A model generated the notes under the pieces. It saw only the letters and a list, made by a program, of their open reading frames with translations. It made no database searches and was not told the DNA's origin. Source: Endomicrobiia bacterium (GTDB taxonomy: Bacteria > Elusimicrobiota > Endomicrobiia > DTEH01). Taken from it: a DNA stretch of 64,000 bases. This document shows positions 10,792 through 19,797 of the stretch, piece by piece. The position numbers and the translations under genes were made by a program. Location of the stretch: contig JBCNUU010000001.1 of the NCBI GenBank assembly GCA_039630545.1, positions 203,175 through 267,174 on the forward strand, given 5' to 3'. How positions within the stretch are numbered: position 1 is the first letter of the stretch; each line of letters starts with the position of its first letter.

Positions 10792-13248
10792 ATGAGTTGG
10801 CAAGAAAATTTTTTAGAAAAGGAATTATTCTGGCAAAAGAAGTGGGAAGAAAATAAAATTTTTAAAACAGAAGTTAAGCTAGATAAAAAAAAATTTTATT
10901 GTCTTGTTATGTTTCCTTATCCGTCAGGAAAAATCCACATGGGGCATGTAAGAAATTATGTGATAGGGGATGTTATTGCAAGTTACTGGCGAATGAAGGG
11001 GTATAATGTATTTCATCCAATAGGTTGGGATGCTTTTGGTCTTCCTGCGGAAAACGCTGCTATAAAACATAATGTCCATCCTGAAAAATGGACAAAGAAT
11101 AATATTCAAAATATGCGAGATCAACTTAAACGTTTAGGTATAAGTTATAACTGGGATGTTGAAATTACGACTTGTGAACCAAGTTACTATAAATGGAATC
11201 AATGGTTTTTTATTAAAATGTTTGAAAGAGGATTAGTCTATAAGAAAAAAGCATTAGTTAATTGGTGTCCAAAATGTCAAACAGTTCTTGCTAATGAGCA
11301 GGCTCAGCAGGGTGTATGCTGGAGATGTGATAATATAGTTGAACAAAAAGAGCTTGACCAATGGTTTATAAAAATTACAGAATATGCAGAAAAATTACTG
11401 GATGGTCATAAATTTTTAGAAAATAACTGGCCTCCAGAAGTTTTAACAATGCAAAAAAATTGGATTGGAAAATCAGAAGGTGCAGAAATAAAATTTGCAG
11501 TTAGAGATTCAGATTTTAATGAAATAGTTGTTTTTACAACAAGAGCTGATACTTTATTTGGTGCGACATTTATAGCTGTAGCACCAGAACATGATTTTTC
11601 AAAACTTGTTGCAAAAAATAATTTTAAAGTTGCTGAATATCTCAACAAAATACTTAAAAAACCTCTTAATGAGAGAAAACTTGCTAAAGAGAAAACTGGT
11701 ATATTTAGTGGTTTTTACGGTATAAATCCAATAAATAATGAAGCTATACCGATATACATTGCTGATTATGTTTTAATGGAGTATGGAACAGGAGCTATAA
11801 TGTGTGTACCAGCTCATGATCAGAGAGATTTTGAATTTGCTAAAACACACAATATTACTATTAGAGAAGTAATAAAACCTTTATCAGGTACTACAACATT
11901 GCCAGAAGCTGCTTATGAACTGGATGGTATAATGGTAAATTCTGATAGATTCAGTGGTTTGTCATCATATGAAGGGAGAATAAAAATTATAGAATATCTT
12001 GAGTCAAAAAATTTAGGAAGAAAAAAAATCTACTATAAACTAAAAGATTGGTTAATTTCAAGACAGAGATACTGGGGTACTCCAATACCTATAATATACT
12101 GTGAAAAATGTGGGATTTTAACTGTAAAAGAAGAAGATTTGCCTGTGATGTTACCTCAGAATGTACACATTACAGGTACAGGTGAATCACCTCTTAAGTA
12201 TATAGAGGAATGGGTAAATACTAAATGCCACAAATGTGGTGGCAATGCTAAACGAGAAACTGATACCATGGATACTTTTGTTGATTCTTCGTGGTATTAT
12301 GCAAGATATTGTGATTCTAAAAATGATAAAGAACCTTTTGATGTTAATATTACAAATTACTGGTTACCTGTGGATCAGTACATAGGTGGTATTGAGCATG
12401 CATGTATGCATTTAATATATTCGAGATTTTGGCATAAATTTATGTATGATTTAGGTTTGGTAAAGACAGAAGAACCATTTTTAAAACTTTTAACCCAAGG
12501 AATGGTAACTTTAGGTGGAGTAGCTATGTCAAAATCCAGAGGTAATATTGTAGAACCCGATGAGATAATTTCTAAATATGGTGCAGATACAACAAGATTG
12601 TTTATTCTTTTTGCAGCTCCACCCCAGAAACAACTTGAATGGTCTGATAAAGGTGTTGAAGGATGCTGGAGGTTTATTAATCGTGTTGATAGACTTGTTG
12701 AAAAATTTTTGGAAGTCAAAAATAAAAAACAATTAGATACAGAGCAGCAAGAATATGAAAAAGAAAAGAAGTATCTTCTATCAGAATACAATAAACTTTT
12801 AAAAGGAATAATTTTAGATATTGAAAAAGAATATCAGTTTAATACTGCTATTGCAAAAACTATGGAAATAACAAATTTATTGTATTCCTACAAGTATTTT
12901 GGCGATGAAGTTTCAGAAAAGGTTTTAAAAGAATTAGTTGTAATTCTTTCTTTATTTACTCCGCATTTATCTGAGGAGCTTTGGTATAAACTTGGAGAAA
13001 AATTTTCAGTAAGAAAGACAAACTTTCCTGAGTATAATGAAGATTTAATTATTGAAGATAAAATAGAAATTCCTATAGAAATTAATGGTAAATTAAAATC
13101 TAAAATTTTAGTTGACAAAGATTTGCCTGAAGAAGATCTTAAAAGAATTATATTAAAAGACACAAAGATACTACAAGCTTTACAGAATAAAAAAATTTTA
13201 AAATGGGTAATCATTAAAAATAAACTTGTAAATATTGTGCTTGAATAA
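10792..13248 (+). CDS. leuS: Leucine--tRNA ligase
   Basis: MFPYPSG.IHMGH (HIGH), [15 protein letters not shown] editing domain, [16 protein letters not shown] (KMSKS variant). Confidence 0.98.
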   Translation: MSWQENFLEKELFWQKKWEENKIFKTEVKLDKKKFYCLVMFPYPSGKIHMGHVRNYVIGDVIASYWRMKGYNVFHPIGWDAFGLPAENAAIKHNVHPEKWTKNNIQNMRDQLKRLGISYNWDVEITTCEPSYYKWNQWFFIKMFERGLVYKKKALVNWCPKCQTVLANEQAQQGVCWRCDNIVEQKELDQWFIKITEYAEKLLDGHKFLENNWPPEVLTMQKNWIGKSEGAEIKFAVRDSDFNEIVVFTTRADTLFGATFIAVAPEHDFSKLVAKNNFKVAEYLNKILKKPLNERKLAKEKTGIFSGFYGINPINNEAIPIYIADYVLMEYGTGAIMCVPAHDQRDFEFAKTHNITIREVIKPLSGTTTLPEAAYELDGIMVNSDRFSGLSSYEGRIKIIEYLESKNLGRKKIYYKLKDWLISRQRYWGTPIPIIYCEKCGILTVKEEDLPVMLPQNVHITGTGESPLKYIEEWVNTKCHKCGGNAKRETDTMDTFVDSSWYYARYCDSKNDKEPFDVNITNYWLPVDQYIGGIEHACMHLIYSRFWHKFMYDLGLVKTEEPFLKLLTQGMVTLGGVAMSKSRGNIVEPDEIISKYGADTTRLFILFAAPPQKQLEWSDKGVEGCWRFINRVDRLVEKFLEVKNKKQLDTEQQEYEKEKKYLLSEYNKLLKGIILDIEKEYQFNTAIAKTMEITNLLYSYKYFGDEVSEKVLKELVVILSLFTPHLSEELWYKLGEKFSVRKTNFPEYNEDLIIEDKIEIPIEINGKLKSKILVDKDLPEEDLKRIILKDTKILQALQNKKILKWVIIKNKLVNIVLE

Positions 13249-13267
13249 AAAAACTTTAAATTAAAAT

Positions 13268-13768
13268 ATGAAATGTCCTTTTTGTGATGAAAACGATACC
13301 TATGTTGTGGATACCAGAACTCTGAAAGGAGCTTCTGTAATTCGTAGAAGAAGAATTTGCAAAAAATGCCAAAAAAAGTTTACTACATATGAACGTGTAG
13401 AAGAACCTTTAGTAAATGTTATTAAGTCTGACGGGAGAAGAGAACCTTTTGATGCAAACAAGATAAAAGAAGGAATATTAAAAGCAGTAGAAAAACGTCC
13501 TGTGACAGTTGAGGAGGTAGAAAAAATTGTTGCTGAAGTTCAACAAGAAATCTCAAAAAAGTTTGTTTTAGAAGTTCCAAGTTCTCTTATTGGGAAAATT
13601 GTTTTAGAAAAGCTTTTTCCTGTTGATCCTGTAGCATATGTGAGGTTTGCATCTGTTTATTACCAGTACGATAGTATAGATAAATTTCTTAAAGAGCTTA
13701 AAGAACTTAAAAAGAGATATTTATTAAAAGATAAAAAAAAGAAAGGTAATAAAAATGCAAAATCATGA
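13268..13768 (+). CDS. nrdR: Transcriptional repressor NrdR
   Basis: MKCPFC zinc ribbon, RRRRICKKC, FTTYE, ATP-cone, VAYVRFASVY. Confidence 0.97.
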   Translation: MKCPFCDENDTYVVDTRTLKGASVIRRRRICKKCQKKFTTYERVEEPLVNVIKSDGRREPFDANKIKEGILKAVEKRPVTVEEVEKIVAEVQQEISKKFVLEVPSSLIGKIVLEKLFPVDPVAYVRFASVYYQYDSIDKFLKELKELKKRYLLKDKKKKGNKNAKS

Positions 13769-14879
13769 AGTTATAGAAACATTATATGATGAAATAAAAT
13801 CTTCAGGATATAACTTAGAAGAGGTTGTTTCTGGTGATGTTGTGCCTCCTGATACGGTGAGAGAAAAAATTAACAAATTAGTCTCTCTGGATCCTAATTT
13901 TTATTCTAATCTACTATCAAAACTTTTATCTGAGGAATTTGATGAGGAAGTAGCTAAAAAATTATGGTTTGAGATTCTTGAGCATAAATACCGCATTTCG
14001 GAAAAATTAGGAAGAAATGTGGGAATTAGAGTTGCTACATTGGATTATCTTGAAAATATAAAGAAGATTATCAAAGCTCCTAAAATTATAGAAGAAGAAG
14101 AATTTATAAAAACTTTAAAATTAGCTACAAGAGACCCCCTTACAGGGCTGTACAACAGAAGATATTTATTTGACTATGTTAGACAGTTGATAAGAAAAAA
14201 ACAAAGATTTTCCTTAGCTTTTTTAGATCTGGATGGATTTAAAAGATATAATGATAAAGAAGGACATCAAGCAGGTGATGTGATTCTTCAAGAATTTGCT
14301 GCAGTTTTAAAATTAAGTTTTAACGATGAAAACAAATATATAGTTGGAAGATATGGTGGTGATGAATTTATTTTATGTATGCTTGATGTAGATAAAAGAA
14401 CAGCTCAGGATATCCTGGATAAATTTAGACAGGAAATTCAAAGACAGTTTGCTGAAATAAAAATAACAGTAAGTATAGGTGTATGTGAATACAATCCGGA
14501 TCTTGAAAAATCAGATGTTAAAGATTTTGATGAACTTATTGAAAAAGCTGATGAACTTTTGTATAGAGTAAAAGAATTTGGTGGGAACAAGGTGTTTAGA
14601 TTAAGAACAATATTTTTTTATTATACTCCGGAGGGAAATTCTGCTCCTAAAGAGGTGGCGGTGGTGGGTGATTTTAATAACTGGGATAGAAAAAAAGGGC
14701 AGATGCAGTTCATATCACAACAAAACTTGTGGTGCAAAAAAATGTTACTTAAACCGGGAGTTTATAAGTATAAGTTTCTAATAGATACAAACATATGGTT
14801 AGCAGACAAAAATGCTAAATTTTTTGCTGATGATGGATTTGGTGGTAAATGTTCTGTCATCACAGTAGCTGAGAAATAA
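13755..14879 (+). CDS. Diguanylate cyclase (GGDEF) with an N-terminal helical domain and a C-terminal CBM48/AMPK-beta-like glycogen-binding domain
   Basis: DPLTGLYNRR, DLDGFKRYND.EGH..GD, RYGGDEF; C-terminal APKEVAVVGDFNNW..W....LKPGVYKYKFLID..W..D....DDGFGG. Confidence 0.88.
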   Translation: MQNHEVIETLYDEIKSSGYNLEEVVSGDVVPPDTVREKINKLVSLDPNFYSNLLSKLLSEEFDEEVAKKLWFEILEHKYRISEKLGRNVGIRVATLDYLENIKKIIKAPKIIEEEEFIKTLKLATRDPLTGLYNRRYLFDYVRQLIRKKQRFSLAFLDLDGFKRYNDKEGHQAGDVILQEFAAVLKLSFNDENKYIVGRYGGDEFILCMLDVDKRTAQDILDKFRQEIQRQFAEIKITVSIGVCEYNPDLEKSDVKDFDELIEKADELLYRVKEFGGNKVFRLRTIFFYYTPEGNSAPKEVAVVGDFNNWDRKKGQMQFISQQNLWCKKMLLKPGVYKYKFLIDTNIWLADKNAKFFADDGFGGKCSVITVAEK

Positions 14880-14904
14880 AAATTTCATTAATATTAAATA
14901 TTAA

Positions 14905-14913
14905 AAGGGAGGT
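14905..14913 (+). promoter_or_regulatory. Strong Shine-Dalgarno sequence of the histone-fold gene
   Basis: AAGGGAGGT 8 nt upstream of ATG 14922. Confidence 0.75.
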
Positions 14914-14921
14914 ATAAATTT

Positions 14922-15104
14922 ATGTCAGAAATTCTTGTGGTAGTAAGTAAAATAAAAAAGATGGTAAAAGAGCAAGGTTTAAGAACAGGTGAAGGTTTTA
15001 TAGAAGCTCTATCTAAAAAAGTTGAAGAAATGGTGAAAAATGCTGCCCAGAAAGTGAAATCTGAAGGTAAAAAGAAAACCCTCGGAGCTGAAGATTTAAT
15101 GTAA
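14922..15104 (+). CDS. Bacterial histone-fold protein (singlet, Bdellovibrio Bd0055-like)
   Basis: 60 aa, Lys-rich; LVVVSKIKKMVK (alpha1), GLRTG (L1), FIEALSKKVEEMVKNAAQKVK (alpha2), GKKKTLGAEDL (L2/alpha3, cf. RKTxxxxD). Confidence 0.85.
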   Translation: MSEILVVVSKIKKMVKEQGLRTGEGFIEALSKKVEEMVKNAAQKVKSEGKKKTLGAEDLM

Positions 15105-15111
15105 GTTTTGT

Positions 15112-15150
15112 TAAAGATTGTAAAGATTGTAAAGATGTAAAGTTGTAAAA
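15112..15150. repeat. Decaying tandem repeat, unit TAAAGATTG (about 4.5 copies)
   Basis: TAAAGATTG TAAAGATTG TAAAGATG TAAAGTTG TAAAA. Confidence 0.85.
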
Positions 15151-15161
15151 ACTATTTATAA

Positions 15162-15755
15162 ATGACAAACAAAATAATTATTGGTATTACAGGACCAAAC
15201 GCTTCAGGAAAAAGTGAAGTAATAAAATATCTTGTAAAAAAAAAATTCTACAGTGCTTCTTTATCAGATATTTTAAGAAAAAAAGCAAAGGAGTATAACT
15301 TAGGATCTGACAGAGAGACACTTATTAAGTTAGGTAATGATTTACGCAAGAAATATGGTTGTGGGATTTTAGCAAAATGGCTCATAAAAGATCTCGATAA
15401 GGTTTTTAAAAATAAAATAGTCATAGATAGTATAAGAAATGTTTCTGAAATAAAAGAATTTAAAAAGAAATTTAAAGATAATTTCTATCTTATTTATATT
15501 ACAGCACCCAAGAAAAGAAGATTTAAATTTATGCAGTTGCGCAAGCGACAAGGAGATCCTGTTAGTTATAAGGAATTTTTAGAAATAGAAAAAAAAGAAA
15601 ATTCTAATAAATCTTACCAGCAACAGATAAATAAATGTAAGGAATATAGAGATTTTTTTATTAATAATAACTCTACATTAAAAGAGCTTTATAAAAAAGT
15701 TGATATAATTATAAAAAAAATAGATGAGAAAAATTTTGCGACCAAGTTGGGATGA
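15162..15755 (+). CDS. P-loop nucleotide kinase-like protein (dNMP/dephospho-CoA kinase-like; resembles the kinase domain fused to some dCMP deaminases)
   Basis: IGITGPNASGKS Walker A, SLSD, LGNDLRKKYG.GILA, VIDSIRN.SE, FINNNSTLKEL. Confidence 0.75.
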   Translation: MTNKIIIGITGPNASGKSEVIKYLVKKKFYSASLSDILRKKAKEYNLGSDRETLIKLGNDLRKKYGCGILAKWLIKDLDKVFKNKIVIDSIRNVSEIKEFKKKFKDNFYLIYITAPKKRRFKFMQLRKRQGDPVSYKEFLEIEKKENSNKSYQQQINKCKEYRDFFINNNSTLKELYKKVDIIIKKIDEKNFATKLG

Positions 15756-16206
15756 ATATTTTTTGAAATTAGCCTTCCTTGTAGCTGAAAGATCCACCTG
15801 CTTGAGGCATCATGTAGGTGCTGTTATTGTTAGGGATAGGAGAATTTTAACTACAGGTTATAATGGTGCGCCTGTTGGATGTCAAGATTGTTTGCAACTT
15901 GGTTGTTTAAGAGATGAGTTAGGTGTTCCTTCAGGAGAAAGACATGAAATTTGTCGTGCTGTTCATGCTGAGCAAAATGCTATTGTTCAAGCAGGAGTTC
16001 ATGGGATAGACATTACTAATGCAACAATGTATTGTACCCATTCACCCTGTGTAATCTGTGCCAAAATGATAGTTAATGCTAAAATAAAACGGTTTGTAAC
16101 AGCACAAGATTATTCAGATAATAGTTTTAGAAAATTATTTGACGAGGCAAAAATAGAATTTGTTAAGTTACCTATTCCATTGTTGGAAATTTCTTTGCTG
16201 CTTTAA
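15724..16206 (+). CDS. dCMP deaminase (ComEB/DCD family)
   Basis: RPSWDEYF, RSTC..HHVGAVIV, TGYNGAP, HAEQNAI, PCVIC zinc motifs. Confidence 0.93.
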   Translation: MRKILRPSWDEYFLKLAFLVAERSTCLRHHVGAVIVRDRRILTTGYNGAPVGCQDCLQLGCLRDELGVPSGERHEICRAVHAEQNAIVQAGVHGIDITNATMYCTHSPCVICAKMIVNAKIKRFVTAQDYSDNSFRKLFDEAKIEFVKLPIPLLEISLLL

Positions 16207-16208
16207 TT

Positions 16209-16721
16209 TTATGCCCATTCTCTTACAGGATAGTTATTTTTGTAAACAATTTTTGTTTCGTATATTGGTTCAACAATCTCGTCAGGTTTAAACCATAATT
16301 TTATTTCTCTTTCTGCTGATTCTTCAGAATCAGAACAATGTATAACATTTTCCATAATTCCTTTTTTGTTAATTCGTCCATATGCTCCTCTTATAGTGGT
16401 AGGATCGGCTTCAAGAGGGTTAGTAGCACCAGCTATTTTTCTTACTCTCTCTATAGCATCTACTCCTTCATAAACAAATACTAATATGCGTTCATATTCT
16501 GGACCGTATATTTTACCGGAAAAATATTCATATAAATCATCAAAGAATGGTTTGTCAACAAGATGTGCATAATGTTTTTCTGCCAGCTCTCTTGTTACTT
16601 TTACAACTTTTGCACCAATTATTCTTAATTTAGCTTCAGAAAGACGTGTTAGTATGTTGCCTGTTAATGATTTTACTAAGGCATCTGGTTTTATTATTAT
16701 TAAGGTATACTGGTGTTTCAT
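16209..16721 (-). CDS. ndk: Nucleoside diphosphate kinase
   Basis: TLIIIKPDA, HYAHL.DKPFF, GATNP..A.P.TIRG, NVIHCSDS (catalytic His), AEREIKLWF. Confidence 0.95.
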   Translation of the reverse strand: MKHQYTLIIIKPDALVKSLTGNILTRLSEAKLRIIGAKVVKVTRELAEKHYAHLVDKPFFDDLYEYFSGKIYGPEYERILVFVYEGVDAIERVRKIAGATNPLEADPTTIRGAYGRINKKGIMENVIHCSDSEESAEREIKLWFKPDEIVEPIYETKIVYKNNYPVREWA

Positions 16722-16741
16722 AGGAGATTACATTTACAATT

Positions 16742-16766
16742 TAAGATTTTTAAGATTTTTAAGATT
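16742..16766. repeat. Tandem repeat, unit TAAGATTTT (about 2.8 copies), upstream of ndk
   Basis: TAAGATTTT TAAGATTTT TAAGATT. Confidence 0.75.
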
Positions 16767-16814
16767 ATAATTTTAGATAAATTTTATACAACAAAAAATT
16801 TTTATTTTCAACTA

Positions 16815-16843
16815 TTGACAGAAAATTTTTTTTATTTTATATA
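16815..16843 (+). promoter_or_regulatory. Putative sigma70 promoter for rho
   Basis: TTGACA (16815-16820), 17 nt, TATATA (16838-16843). Confidence 0.55.
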
Positions 16844-17129
16844 AATTAAAAGACAAATGAAACCTACCATGGAGCTAGATAATGAAAATTTCTTGTTCTA
16901 ACCTTTGCATCAATAAGACAACAATTTTTATAATTTTTAATCTTTTTATATTGTTAAAAAGTTGAAATAAATTGAATATAACTATTTTAATCTCATTGAA
17001 AGTTCCTTTTCGGTATGTGTCTTGCTTTATTCTTTAAAATTTTACTTTCTTTTAAGAATACCGAAAAAATATCTTTTAAAAATATTTAAAATATTGGAAA
17101 ATTTATAGCTAAGGAGGTAAAAAAACATT

Positions 17130-18431
17130 ATGACTTTACAACAAGTTACCTTTGATATGTCTTCTCTTGCTAAAATGAAAGTTCAAGAATTAGCAAAACT
17201 TGCTAAAGAACTTAAAATAGAAAACATAGAAGGTCTAAAAAAACAACAGTTAATATCTAAAATTATAGAAGTGCAGTCACAAACAAACGGTCTTATGTAT
17301 AATGAAGGTGTGCTTGAGATTCTGCCTGATGGATTTGGTTTTTTGAGATCGCAAAATTTTAATTACCTTCAAAGCAATGAAGATATATACATTTCTCCTT
17401 CGCAAATCAAAAAATTTGGTTTAAGAAAAGGTGATACTGTCGGAGGTTATGTAAGACCACCTAAAAATGATGAAAAATATTATGCTTTGTTGCAGATAAA
17501 AACTGTAAATGGTGAAGATCCAGAGAAAATCAGAAATAGACCTTTATTTGATAATTTAACACCTTTATATCCTCAAGAACAAATAAAACTTGAAACAGAT
17601 CGTTATGAAATTTCTACTAGAGTAATTGATTTGCTTACTCCATTGGGTAAAGGTCAAAGAGCTTTAATTAACGCAGCACCAAGAACAGGTAAAACCGTTC
17701 TTTTGCAAAAAATTGCCAATGCTATAACTAAAAATTACCCAAACATAAAACTAATAGCTCTTTTAATAGATGAGCGTCCAGAAGAAGTAACAGATATGAT
17801 AAGAACTGTAAAGTGTGAAGTGATTTCTTCCACATTTGATGAACCAGCGGAAAGACATGTACAAGTAGCAGAAATGGTTTTAGAAAAAGCTAAAAGATTA
17901 GTGGAACATGGTCACGATGTGGTAATATTATTGGATTCAATTACCAGATTAGCTAGGGCATATAACACAATTACACCTTCAAGTGGTAGGGTGTTATCTG
18001 GAGGTTTAGATGCTACTGCTTTACAAAGACCAAAAAGATTCTTTGGATCCGCAAGAAAGGTTGAGGAAGGTGGTTCTTTAACAATAATTGCGACTGCGTT
18101 GGTAGAAACCGGTTCAAGAATGGATGATGTTATATTTGAAGAATTTAAAGGTACAGGTAATATGGAAATATACCTGGATAGAAAACTTGCAGATAGACGA
18201 GTTTTTCCAGCTATAGATATTACCCGTTCAGGAACAAGAAAAGAAGAGCTTTTAATAAATGAAAAAGATCTGAAAAAGATATGGATATTAAGGAAAATAC
18301 TAATGCAGATGTCTCCTATTGAAGCAATGGAAAAATTAATAGAAGTATTAAAAAGAACAAAGTCAAATGCTGAATTTTTAAAATCTCTGGGTGATAAAGT
18401 TGAGGAGATAGACATAGAATCTTTACTTTAA
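17130..18431 (+). CDS. rho: Transcription termination factor Rho
   Basis: [68 protein letters not shown] at 17111-17118. Confidence 0.98.
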   Translation: MTLQQVTFDMSSLAKMKVQELAKLAKELKIENIEGLKKQQLISKIIEVQSQTNGLMYNEGVLEILPDGFGFLRSQNFNYLQSNEDIYISPSQIKKFGLRKGDTVGGYVRPPKNDEKYYALLQIKTVNGEDPEKIRNRPLFDNLTPLYPQEQIKLETDRYEISTRVIDLLTPLGKGQRALINAAPRTGKTVLLQKIANAITKNYPNIKLIALLIDERPEEVTDMIRTVKCEVISSTFDEPAERHVQVAEMVLEKAKRLVEHGHDVVILLDSITRLARAYNTITPSSGRVLSGGLDATALQRPKRFFGSARKVEEGGSLTIIATALVETGSRMDDVIFEEFKGTGNMEIYLDRKLADRRVFPAIDITRSGTRKEELLINEKDLKKIWILRKILMQMSPIEAMEKLIEVLKRTKSNAEFLKSLGDKVEEIDIESLL

Positions 18432-18464
18432 TACATCTCTTTATTTATCTTACCGTTATTAGTA

Positions 18465-19793
18465 ATGAATTCAATAAATAAAGCTAAAAGTTTATATTTT
18501 TCCTTTATTGATGGTTTCTTTGCATCTATTATGACTGGCTTGACTATGAACTATATAATTCCATTTGGGATTTTACTTGGTGCAAAAAATTTCCAAGTAG
18601 GAGTATTGAATGCTTTACCTCAGCTTTTAGGTTCTGTAGTTCAGCTAAAAACGGCAGACATTGTGGAGAAAACTAAAAGTAGATTGAGAATAGTGACTCT
18701 GTTTGTGTATTTACACGGTTTAAGTTTTTTTTTGGTTTTATTTCTTGATTTTTTTCCTGACAAAGTTAACTGGTTTATATTTGTGGTTACTTTATCTACA
18801 GCTTTGACTTCAATAGCAGGCCCTGCGTGGTGGTCATTGATGAGTGATACTGTAGAAAAAGAAAGATATGGAGAGTATTTTGCCTGGCGTGGAAAAGTTT
18901 TAGGGATTGTTAGTTTAATTTCTAGTTTTGTTGCTGGATTTTTTTTAGGGATTGTTAAAAATAAGTTTTATGGATTTTTGATCTTGTTTGTAGTAGCAGG
19001 TTGTATGAGGTTGATTTCTGGATATTTCATAAGTAGAATGGAAGATATACCATTAAAAATTTCACAAAAATATAGATTTAGTTATCTTCAATTTATAAGT
19101 AGAATTAAAGAAAGTAATTTTGTAAAGTATGTTATGTTTGTATCTTTATTTAATTTTGCTGTAGCTATTTCTTCTCCCTTTTTTAGTGTTTATATGTTGA
19201 AAGAATTAAATATGGATTATTATCAATATACAATTGTTAGTTTATCTTCTTCTATTTCTACTTTGCTATTTTTACCATTTTGGGGTAAAATGTCTGATAG
19301 AATTGGCAATGTAAGAGTAATAAAAATTACTGGTTTTTTGATATGTTTTGTGCCAATTCTGTGGATATTTTCTTCGGATTTATTGTATCTAATTTTAATA
19401 AATGGTATCGCTGGTTATGTGTGGGCAGGTTTTAACTTAGCAACAGTAAATTTTATATTTGATGCAGCAAACGAAGAAGTAAGAACAAGATGTGTAGGAT
19501 ATTTTGGTTTTACTAATGGCATATTTATATTTTTGGGCAATTTGATTTCTGGATGGTTGGCAACTCATTTGCCTAGTTTAGTAAGAAATTCCAGTTTACT
19601 TACTTTATTTACTGTATCAGGAATTTTAAGATTAATATGCATTTTAGTATTTAGAAATAAATTTTATGAAGTAAAACCAGTTGAAAATGTTGATACCAAA
19701 GAGCTTCTATTTACAGTGCTTGGTATCAAACCAGCTCTTGATTTTAGTAAAGATATTTTTTATCCTTTGTATAGAAAACTAAATAATAAATAA
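18465..19793 (+). CDS. MFS transporter
   Basis: About 12 hydrophobic segments; WGKMSDRIGN (motif A repeat); WWSLMSD.V...YGEYF. Confidence 0.85.
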   Translation: MNSINKAKSLYFSFIDGFFASIMTGLTMNYIIPFGILLGAKNFQVGVLNALPQLLGSVVQLKTADIVEKTKSRLRIVTLFVYLHGLSFFLVLFLDFFPDKVNWFIFVVTLSTALTSIAGPAWWSLMSDTVEKERYGEYFAWRGKVLGIVSLISSFVAGFFLGIVKNKFYGFLILFVVAGCMRLISGYFISRMEDIPLKISQKYRFSYLQFISRIKESNFVKYVMFVSLFNFAVAISSPFFSVYMLKELNMDYYQYTIVSLSSSISTLLFLPFWGKMSDRIGNVRVIKITGFLICFVPILWIFSSDLLYLILINGIAGYVWAGFNLATVNFIFDAANEEVRTRCVGYFGFTNGIFIFLGNLISGWLATHLPSLVRNSSLLTLFTVSGILRLICILVFRNKFYEVKPVENVDTKELLFTVLGIKPALDFSKDIFYPLYRKLNNK

Positions 19794-19797
19794 TCTT

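Noticed and set aside
15112..15150. Short repeats as a CRISPR array
   Set aside because: 9-bp units with no spacers and no cas genes
15162..16206. Bona fide AvcID anti-phage system
   Set aside because: No room for an AvcI-like sRNA upstream, the deaminase looks like the housekeeping type, and there is no defence-island context; kept only as an architectural parallel
13201..16760. NrdR boxes in the nrdR cluster
   Set aside because: No convincing match to the acaCwAtATaTwGtgt-type palindrome found by eye; needs a PWM scan
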